A model generated the notes under the pieces. That model did no database searches. It worked only from the letters and a program-made list of their open reading frames with translations, and was not told where the DNA came from. From an uncultured Chitinophagaceae bacterium (GTDB lineage: Bacteria > Bacteroidota > Bacteroidia > Chitinophagales > CAIOSU01): DNA of 64,000 nt. This document shows, piece after piece, positions 37,813 through 45,378 of the stretch. Position numbers and translations under genes: made by a program. The stretch covers positions 14,240-78,239 of the forward strand of contig CAYGTK010000001.1 of NCBI GenBank assembly GCA_964352775.1. The letters run 5' to 3'. The first letter of the stretch is position 1; the number at the start of each line of letters is the position of its first letter.

Positions 37813-40800
37813 ATGAGACATTTTTCACAACTACTCTTTTCACTTCTAGTCTGCTGCCCACTATGGGTGATGGCACAAGTAGACGGGGGCACCGTAGCTA
37901 CTGAAGCTGGCGAAACCACCGTTTATACTTGCCCAGGAGATATGATGGCTGACCTTATCAGCTTTGACAGTACTACTACATCAACAGCTAACTACGCCTA
38001 TGTAGTAACCGACGACAACAACATTATCCTAGGTTTACCCCCGGGTGACATGGTCGATTTCGAAGGTGCCGGCGTTGGTAATTGCCGCCTTTGGGGATTG
38101 AGTTACACGGGTAATATCACTGCCATGATGGGTGACGATGCAGCAGCGGTGAACCTTTCAGATGGCATGTTCCAATTATCTTCAAACTGGGTTACCGTAG
38201 TGCGCGACACACCTGTTACCACAACAGTAGCTACTGCAGCAGGAGAAACAAGAATATATACCTGCCCAGGTGACGGCATGCCCGATCTAATAAGTTTTGA
38301 TAGCACAAGCACATCAAATGCCAACTTCCAATACGTAATTACCGATGATAACAATATCATACTAGGACTACCTCCGGGCGATATGGCTGATTTTGAAGGC
38401 GCTGGAGTAGGTAATTGCCGTGTATGGGGGTTAAGCTACACGGGAAACATTACCGCTATGATGGGTGACGATGCAGCAGCGGTTACTTTAACTGATGGCT
38501 GTTTCCAGCTGTCTTCTAATTGGGTAACTGTGGTGCGCGATGTACCTGTAGTTACTACTGTAGCTACTGAAACGGGTGCTACTATGATATATACTTGTCC
38601 AGGTGATGGTATTCCTGACTTAATGAGCTTTGATAGCGTAAGCACTTCAAACGCTAACTTTCAATATGTAGTAACCGATGATAACAATATTATCCTTGGA
38701 CTACCTCCAGGCGATATGGTTGATTTTGAAGGTGCTGGCACAGGTAACTGCCGCGTATGGGGATTAAGCTACACGGGTAATATCACCGCTATGATGGGTG
38801 ACGATGCTGCTGCTGTAACATTAACAGATGGTTGCTTTGAGTTGTCTTCTAACTTTGTAACTGTAATTCGCGATGTGCCTGTTTCAGGTATGGTTAGCAC
38901 CGAAAGTGGAGAAACTACAGTTTACACTTGCCCAGGCGATGGTAATCCTGATATTATCAGCTTTGATAGTACTAATGCTACCAACTCGCTTTTCCAATAT
39001 GTAATTACTGATGATAACAATATCATTCTAGGACTTCCTCCTGGCGATATGGCTGATTTTGAAGGTGCTGGTGTAGGTAACTGCCGTGTATGGGGATTGA
39101 GCTATACCGGAAACATTACAGCCATGATGGGCGACGATGCTGCCGCAGTTATGTTAACGGACGGTTGCTTTGAGCTATCTTCTAACTGGATAACCGTAGT
39201 TCGCGATGTGCCTGCTACAACAACCGTTTCCTCACAATCGGGTGCAACTACTATTTACACCTGCCCAGGAGACGGAATGCCTGACTTGATGAGATTTGAT
39301 AGCGTAAGTACTTCTAATTCTAACTTCCAGTACGTGGTGACTGATGACAATAACATCATCCTTGGTCTGCCTCCAGGCGACATGGTCGATTTTGAAGGTG
39401 CTGGTGTAGGTAATTGCCGCGTATGGGGATTGAGCTATACAGGTAACATCACCGCAATGATGGGTGACGATGCAGCAGCAGTTACGTTAACAGATGGTTG
39501 CTTTGAGTTATCTTCTAATTGGGTTACTGTTGTGCGCGATGTGCCTGTGGTTACTACTGTGGCTACGCAAATGGGCGCAACTATGGTATACACTTGCCCA
39601 GGTGATGGTATTCCAGATCTAATGCGTTTTGATAGCGTAAGTACTTCTAACGCTAACTTCCAGTATGTAGTTACTGATGATAACAACATCATACTAGGTT
39701 TACCTCCGGGCGACATGGTTGATTTTGATGGAGCAGGTGTAGGTAATTGCCGTGTATGGGGATTGAGCTATACGGGTAACATCACTGCTATGATGGGTGA
39801 CGACGCTGCAGCAGTTACTTTAACAGATGGTTGCTTCGAGTTGTCTTCCAACTTTGTAACTATTTTTCGCGACGTGCCTACTTCAGGTACTGTAAGTGCT
39901 GAAAGCGGGGCTACTACAATTTACACTTGTCCTGGTGATGGCAATCCTGACTTAATGCGTTTTGATAGCACGAACAACACCAACTCGCTTTTCCAATATG
40001 TAGTAACAGACGATAACAACATCATTCTAGGACTTCCTCCAGGTGATATGGTTGACTTTGAAGGTGCAGGTTTCGGAAATTGTCGCGTATGGGGATTAAG
40101 CTACACGGGTAGCATCACTGCAATGATGGGTGACGATGCAGCAGCTGTTACTTTAACGGATGGTTGTTTCGAATTGTCTTCCAACTTTGTAACAGTAGTG
40201 CGCGACACTCCAGTAGTTACTACGGTAGCTATTGCAGGTGGTGCAACAGAAATAGATGTATGTCCAAGTGATGGCATTGCTGACGAAGTAGAATTTGAAA
40301 GCGTAAGCACTTCTATGGCTGCCTTCCAATATGTAGTGACGGATGAGAATAACATTATCCTAGGTCTTCCTCCAGGCAATATCGTTGATTTTGAAGGAGC
40401 TGGTAATGGTATCTGCCGTGTATGGGGATTGAGCTACACAGGCAACATTATCGCTTCAGCAGGAGATGACGCTGCGACCGTTAATTTAACGGATGGTTGC
40501 TTCAAATTGTCTTCTAACTTCGTAACCGTAAATCGCGATAGCGCGGGTGCAGCATGTGCTACTTCGGTACGTAATATTGAAGACAACTTCTCGCTACGTT
40601 TATACCCTAACCCAGTAAGTTCTAACTTGAACATCGACTTCCGCAGTGCGGATAGCGAGCCTGTACAAGTTCGTGTAATGAACATTACTGGTGCAGTAGT
40701 TAGCACTCAAGTGTTGCAGGGTGGGCAAGGAAACCGCAGTGTTTCGTTAACCGTAAATGATTACCCAAGCGGTATTTATATAGTGAATTTATTAAGCGGC

Positions 40801-40836
40801 AATAGTTTCAGTCAAGCGAAATTCTTGGTGCCTTAA
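37813..40836 (+). CDS. T9SS-sorted surface/secreted protein with eight tandem 111-aa repeats
   Basis: Signal peptide (..PLWVMAQ) from ATG 37813. Eight units carry YTCPGDG...YVVTDDNNIILGLPPGD..DFEGAG.GNCRVWGLSYTGN...DGCFELSSN. The C-terminal approx 90 aa look like a type A Por/T9SS sorting domain (LRLYPNPVSS...GIYIVNL...AKFLV). Confidence 0.85.
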   Translation: MRHFSQLLFSLLVCCPLWVMAQVDGGTVATEAGETTVYTCPGDMMADLISFDSTTTSTANYAYVVTDDNNIILGLPPGDMVDFEGAGVGNCRLWGLSYTGNITAMMGDDAAAVNLSDGMFQLSSNWVTVVRDTPVTTTVATAAGETRIYTCPGDGMPDLISFDSTSTSNANFQYVITDDNNIILGLPPGDMADFEGAGVGNCRVWGLSYTGNITAMMGDDAAAVTLTDGCFQLSSNWVTVVRDVPVVTTVATETGATMIYTCPGDGIPDLMSFDSVSTSNANFQYVVTDDNNIILGLPPGDMVDFEGAGTGNCRVWGLSYTGNITAMMGDDAAAVTLTDGCFELSSNFVTVIRDVPVSGMVSTESGETTVYTCPGDGNPDIISFDSTNATNSLFQYVITDDNNIILGLPPGDMADFEGAGVGNCRVWGLSYTGNITAMMGDDAAAVMLTDGCFELSSNWITVVRDVPATTTVSSQSGATTIYTCPGDGMPDLMRFDSVSTSNSNFQYVVTDDNNIILGLPPGDMVDFEGAGVGNCRVWGLSYTGNITAMMGDDAAAVTLTDGCFELSSNWVTVVRDVPVVTTVATQMGATMVYTCPGDGIPDLMRFDSVSTSNANFQYVVTDDNNIILGLPPGDMVDFDGAGVGNCRVWGLSYTGNITAMMGDDAAAVTLTDGCFELSSNFVTIFRDVPTSGTVSAESGATTIYTCPGDGNPDLMRFDSTNNTNSLFQYVVTDDNNIILGLPPGDMVDFEGAGFGNCRVWGLSYTGSITAMMGDDAAAVTLTDGCFELSSNFVTVVRDTPVVTTVAIAGGATEIDVCPSDGIADEVEFESVSTSMAAFQYVVTDENNIILGLPPGNIVDFEGAGNGICRVWGLSYTGNIIASAGDDAATVNLTDGCFKLSSNFVTVNRDSAGAACATSVRNIEDNFSLRLYPNPVSSNLNIDFRSADSEPVQVRVMNITGAVVSTQVLQGGQGNRSVSLTVNDYPSGIYIVNLLSGNSFSQAKFLVP
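37891..40554 (+). repeat. coding tandem repeat array, 8 x 333 bp
   Basis: The Tyr codon of the YTC motif (Asp codon at the equivalent position in unit 8) recurs at 37924, 38257, 38590, 38923, 39256, 39589, 39922 and 40255, an exact 333-nt period. Confidence 0.9.
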
Positions 40837-40860
40837 TTTTAAGATAAGGTTTAGTATTTG

Positions 40861-40893
40861 GCCCTGTGTTGTATTCAGCACAGGGCTTTTTTT
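40861..40893 (+). terminator. rho-independent terminator
   Basis: Stem GCCCTGTG (40861-40868) pairs with CACAGGGC (40879-40886), followed by TTTTTTT. Confidence 0.75.
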
Positions 40894-40942
40894 GTCCCTA
40901 AGCAACAAACCGCTATTTTCAGGGCGCAACAAAAAAACAGAG

Positions 40943-41710
40943 ATGGCAATTCAAGATAAGTTCAGTCTATCGGGCAAAGTGGCTGTGATAACAGGAGCAA
41001 GTAAGGGTATTGGTGAAAGTATGGCCCGAGCCTTTGGCGAGGCAGGCGCAAAAGTCGTGATCAGTAGCAGAAAACAAGAAGCTCTAGACGTAGTAGCTGC
41101 TTCGTTCAAAGAGGCTGGAATTGATGTGTTGGCTGTAGCTGCCAATGTGGGCAATATGAAGGACAATAAGCGACTGGTTGAAGCCACGCTAGACCACTTT
41201 GGTGGTATAGATATTTTGGTGAATAATGCAGCGGCTAACCCTGTATTCGGACCCGCTTTACAAACGGAAGAATGGGCTTTTGATAAGATCATGAACGTGA
41301 ACGTGAAAGGCCCATTTGAGTTGGCGAAAAAGTGCTACCCATCCATGAAAGAACGTGGCGGAGGCTCTATCATCAATATCAGTAGTGTGGGTGGTATTCG
41401 TCCTGAATTTGGCTTGGGAATATATAGCGTAAGTAAGGCTTCCTTAATATCACTTACCAAGGTATTGGCAAAAGAATGGGGAGTAGATAAAATACGTGCC
41501 AACGTAATCTGTCCAGGCTTGATTAAAACCAAATTCAGCGAAGCATTGTGGAAGAACGACGATATATCTGATATGGTCATGCAACACCTATCAATTAAAG
41601 AATTTGGCGAACCAGAGGATATTGCTGCTTTAGCATTATACCTTGCCGCCGATGCTGGCCGATACGCCACAGGCGGTGTGTTTACTAGCGATGCTGGACT
41701 GACTATCTAA
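40943..41710 (+). CDS. SDR family oxidoreductase
   Basis: TGASKGIG cofactor motif, NNAA, and catalytic YSVSK (YxxxK). ATG 40943 is preferred because the longer ORF would overlap the terminator. Confidence 0.85.
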   Translation: MAIQDKFSLSGKVAVITGASKGIGESMARAFGEAGAKVVISSRKQEALDVVAASFKEAGIDVLAVAANVGNMKDNKRLVEATLDHFGGIDILVNNAAANPVFGPALQTEEWAFDKIMNVNVKGPFELAKKCYPSMKERGGGSIINISSVGGIRPEFGLGIYSVSKASLISLTKVLAKEWGVDKIRANVICPGLIKTKFSEALWKNDDISDMVMQHLSIKEFGEPEDIAALALYLAADAGRYATGGVFTSDAGLTI

Positions 41711-41744
41711 ACCTTCTTTTTTAAAGAACCCCAAAGAAAACGAT

Positions 41745-42959
41745 ATGGTAGAACTATTTGCTACAGAGAAGCTGAAAGGCATTTACCCTAAAATAGAAGC
41801 CCTGTTAGAGAAGGAGATATATCCGAATGAGCAGCGTTTCATGAATCAACCTTTTAAGCAGACAGAGCAGGAACTAAAAGCCGTTCGCGAGAAGGTTAAA
41901 GAAATGGGATTATGGAATATAGCCCTCTCAGAACACCATGGAGGTGTGGGATTGACTTTGATGGAATTCGCCCAATTAAGCGAACTGTTGGGCCGCACAC
42001 CAGTTGGGCACTACCTGTTTAATTGCCAAGCACCTGATATAGGGAATATCGAATTAATGAGCGCCTTTGCTTCCGATGAGTTGAAGACGAAATACTTACA
42101 ACCACTTTTGGATGGTGACATCCGAAGCTGTTTCAGCATGACCGAACCAGCTTTGGCGGGAAGTAACCCTATCCTGATGCATACCAATGCTGTAAAGGAT
42201 GGAAATGACTATGTGATAAACGGTAGAAAGTGGTTCACCACCGCCGCCGATGGTGCTGATTTTGCCATTGTAATGGCGGTAACCAACCCCGATGCTGGCA
42301 CCTACCAAAAGGCGAGTATGATAGTGGTGTCAACTGATAATCCTGGCTTTAGGTTGCTACGCAACATTCCAATTATGGGCGAGCCTGGGGAAGGCTATTT
42401 GAGCCATGCGGAGATAGATTATGTGGATTGCCGTGTACCCGAAAGCAATATTATTGGTGGAGAAGGAATGGGCTTTGCCTTAGCACAAGAACGCTTAGGG
42501 CCTGGACGAATACATCATTGTATGCGCTGGATAGGAATCTGTGAACGTGCTTTTGAAATGATGTGTAAACGTGCAGCAGAACGCGACTTAGGCGGCGGTA
42601 AAAAACTAGGTCATCAACAAACCATCCAGAATTGGATCGCTGAAAGCAGAGCTGAAATTGATGCAGCACGTTTAATGGTACTACATACTGCTCATGGAAT
42701 GGAGCAGCACGGCGCAAAAGCCGTTCGTAATCAAATAAGCACTATCAAGTTTATGGTGGCCAATACCTTGCAGAAGGTTCTAGATAGAGCCATTCAAACC
42801 CATGGCGCCTTGGGTATTACCGACGACCTGTTGTTATCTTTCTGGTTCCGCCACGAAAGAGGAGCTAGGATCTATGATGGACCAGATGAAGTACATAAGT
42901 CAGTACTGGCCCGTTCTATTTTGAAGCAATATGGTTTGGATAGTAAAAGAAGTAAATGA
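41745..42959 (+). CDS. acyl-CoA dehydrogenase family protein (ACAD10/ACAD11-like)
   Basis: ACAD fold with CFSMTEP, and with ERLGPGRIHHCMRWIG and DGPDEVH segments that I recognise from the ACAD10/11 subgroup. Confidence 0.88.
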   Translation: MVELFATEKLKGIYPKIEALLEKEIYPNEQRFMNQPFKQTEQELKAVREKVKEMGLWNIALSEHHGGVGLTLMEFAQLSELLGRTPVGHYLFNCQAPDIGNIELMSAFASDELKTKYLQPLLDGDIRSCFSMTEPALAGSNPILMHTNAVKDGNDYVINGRKWFTTAADGADFAIVMAVTNPDAGTYQKASMIVVSTDNPGFRLLRNIPIMGEPGEGYLSHAEIDYVDCRVPESNIIGGEGMGFALAQERLGPGRIHHCMRWIGICERAFEMMCKRAAERDLGGGKKLGHQQTIQNWIAESRAEIDAARLMVLHTAHGMEQHGAKAVRNQISTIKFMVANTLQKVLDRAIQTHGALGITDDLLLSFWFRHERGARIYDGPDEVHKSVLARSILKQYGLDSKRSK

Positions 42960-43015
42960 TCTAGATATATATAGCAACGGACATCCGGAAATGCGATGAA
43001 CTGGAGTAATCTAAA

Positions 43016-44023
43016 GTGGTCAGTTTCCTAGAAGACCAATTGGATGATGCACCAAAGGAGATAGAGGTAAAGCAATTCCCCAGCGGGTTTTCTAACCTTA
43101 CTTATCTAATAACGGCTGGTGAAAAAGAATACGTTTTACGTCGTCCTCCATTTGGTGCCAACATTAAGTCGGCACACGACATGGGCAGGGAGTTCAAGGT
43201 GTTGAGCCTATTGAAACCGCACTTTGATAAAGTACCTGCTCCAACTCTTTATTGCGAAGATGACGAAGTGCTTGGCGCACCTTTCTACATGATGGAACGA
43301 GTGAAGGGATTGATTCTTCGAAATAGCGTTCCTGATGGAGTAGATCTAAGTGAAGCGAAAGTTAATGCGCTTTCAAAAAGAAAAGTAGAGCAATTGGCTC
43401 AATTGCATAGTCTCGATCTAGAGACTACTGGATTAAAAGATTTCGGTAAACCAGAGGGGTACATCCAACGTCAAGTAGAAGGATGGATAAAACGCTATTA
43501 CAATGCCGAAACGGACACCATTGAAGGAATGAATGCTTTAGCAGAATGGATGCCCAAAAATATGCCCGATAGCGCAGAAGCGGCTTTCATTCACAACGAT
43601 TACAAGTACGATAACTTGGTTCTTAACCCAGAAACCTTAGAAATTGAGGCTATACTAGATTGGGAAATGGCAACTGTTGGTCATCCTTTAATGGACTTGG
43701 GTACTACTCTAGGCTACTGGGCGGAAGCAAAAGATTCCGATATGCTTAAGCCTTTTAACTTGACCTGGTTACCTGGTAATTTAGATCGCCAGCAGGTGGT
43801 AGACCATTATAGCAAGCAAGTGAACAAAGAGCTAAAGGATATTCTATTCTACTACGTGTTCGGTCTATTCAAAATAGGAGTGATAGGGCAGCAGATATAT
43901 GCCCGTTTCAAAAAAGGCTTAACAAAAGACCCTCGTTTCGGGTTCTTGATATATATCGTTAAAGAGGCCTCCAAAAATGGAATGAAAGCCTTAGATAAAG
44001 ACCGTATAAGTAACCTTAACTAG
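43016..44023 (+). CDS. phosphotransferase (APH/choline-kinase-like) family protein
   Basis: Kinase motifs HNDYKYDNL (HxDxxxxN) and LDWEMATVGHPLMDLG. The N-terminal region resembles the ACAD10/11 kinase domain. GTG start, with an in-frame TAA 9 nt upstream. Confidence 0.85.
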   Translation: MVSFLEDQLDDAPKEIEVKQFPSGFSNLTYLITAGEKEYVLRRPPFGANIKSAHDMGREFKVLSLLKPHFDKVPAPTLYCEDDEVLGAPFYMMERVKGLILRNSVPDGVDLSEAKVNALSKRKVEQLAQLHSLDLETTGLKDFGKPEGYIQRQVEGWIKRYYNAETDTIEGMNALAEWMPKNMPDSAEAAFIHNDYKYDNLVLNPETLEIEAILDWEMATVGHPLMDLGTTLGYWAEAKDSDMLKPFNLTWLPGNLDRQQVVDHYSKQVNKELKDILFYYVFGLFKIGVIGQQIYARFKKGLTKDPRFGFLIYIVKEASKNGMKALDKDRISNLN

Positions 44024-44027
44024 TACC

Positions 44028-44921
44028 ATGCTGAAATTTGAAGACCTAAAGAACATCACTATTCTTGGAGCTGGAACACTCGGCTTACGAGTCGGGCTGC
44101 AGTCAGCCGTAAGCGGCTACAATGTAGTGATATTTGATATTAAGGAAGAAGCGCTTGAAAAGGCGAAAGTGATCCACCAGAAAATCCTGAACCACTTGGT
44201 GCGCCATGGGAGAATACTAGCCGACGAGATACCACAAATAGTAAACAGGATCACGTGGACCACAAGCGCGGAAGAAGCAGCTAAAGATGCCGACCTGATA
44301 AACGAATCTGTAATAGAAGAGGCGGACATCAAGAACAAGGTATGGGAGCAATTCGGGAAACTATGCCCTGAAAAAACCATTTTTACTACTAATACTAGCT
44401 ACATGCTACCCAGCATGTTCGCTGCCATTAGTGGCCGCCCAGAGCAGTTCTGCGCTTATCACTTTCACGATGTGTTTACGGCTAATGTTGTAGACATTAT
44501 GCCACATCCTGGCACTTCGCAAGAGGTGATCGATCTATTGATGGAACTTGGAACAAAGTTAGAGCAAGTGCCTGTGTTCGTTAAGCGTGAGAACCCTGGT
44601 TATATTTTCAATCAGATGCTAATGGCAGTGCTAGGTGCTGCTGGTGCATTGGTTACATATGATGTAGCCAGCATTCACGATGTGGACCGTAGTTGGATGG
44701 GTAACTTCAAAATGCCAATCGGTCCATTTGGTATAATGGATGAAATAGGCTTGGATACCGCTTGGCATGTAGTTCATGTTCGCAAAGATGAACGAAGCGT
44801 AAAATTCGCGGAGCTACTTAAAAGCTATCTAGATGCAGGCAAATTAGGAATGAAATCTGGCGAAGGGTTTTATACCTACCCTAAGCCAGCCTATGCACAA
44901 CCTGATTTTTTGATGGGTTAG
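44028..44921 (+). CDS. 3-hydroxyacyl-CoA dehydrogenase family protein
   Basis: N-terminal Rossmann ILGAGTLGLRVG, the 3HCDH_N/3HCDH_C layout, and a terminal GEGFYTYP. Confidence 0.8.
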   Translation: MLKFEDLKNITILGAGTLGLRVGLQSAVSGYNVVIFDIKEEALEKAKVIHQKILNHLVRHGRILADEIPQIVNRITWTTSAEEAAKDADLINESVIEEADIKNKVWEQFGKLCPEKTIFTTNTSYMLPSMFAAISGRPEQFCAYHFHDVFTANVVDIMPHPGTSQEVIDLLMELGTKLEQVPVFVKRENPGYIFNQMLMAVLGAAGALVTYDVASIHDVDRSWMGNFKMPIGPFGIMDEIGLDTAWHVVHVRKDERSVKFAELLKSYLDAGKLGMKSGEGFYTYPKPAYAQPDFLMG

Positions 44922-44924
44922 AAT

Positions 44925-45335
44925 TTACCCTTTCAATCTACCAGCTATGAGCCCGCCCACATAGGCAGAGGGTAGATAAATCAGGATGTCTGTGATGCCC
45001 ATCCATAATGGAGGGTGAATGATAAAAAACAATCCTATTCCCACCAGCGTAAAAATTGCTCCAATTATAATAGCAGGTCTTATGCTTGTACCCTTATTAA
45101 TTAAAACTGCTGTTGCAGCACCAAGCATTACGCCAAGTAAGTGACCAAAAATAACCCAGACAAGTGCGCCAGCGGGCTGGGCATCATGGTATGCCCTCAT
45201 TTCTTCAGCGGTGGCGTCCATGCTCGGAAATTCTCCTACAATCGGAAAAATATTGTGACCAACTTCCTCCATGATGCCCACTAGTGTGCCTGCTATGAGC
45301 ATGCCGGCTATCACGGCTAAAATTGTACGTAACAT
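44925..45335 (-). CDS. hypothetical membrane protein (approx 4 TM)
   Basis: Hydrophobic helices only, with no recognised family. Lies 43 nt downstream of uvrA on the same strand. Confidence 0.5.
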   Translation of the reverse strand: MLRTILAVIAGMLIAGTLVGIMEEVGHNIFPIVGEFPSMDATAEEMRAYHDAQPAGALVWVIFGHLLGVMLGAATAVLINKGTSIRPAIIIGAIFTLVGIGLFFIIHPPLWMGITDILIYLPSAYVGGLIAGRLKG

Positions 45336-45378
45336 GATTTAAAGGTTGATGAACTATGAATTTACAAAAATCTGATGA

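Noticed and set aside
37891-40554. The regularly spaced repeat array as a possible CRISPR or satellite.
   Set aside because: The period is 333 bp with no unique spacers. The whole array is one open reading frame whose divergence is mostly synonymous, so it is a coding tandem repeat.
38103-40706. Five minus-strand ORFs (38103..38360, 38436..38645, 39435..39716, 40101..40379, 40434..40706) with similar sequences inside the repeat gene.
   Set aside because: They are antisense shadows of the 333-bp coding repeat, the same stop-free antisense frame recurring with the repeat. The plus-strand frame is continuous and has a signal peptide and a T9SS sorting domain.
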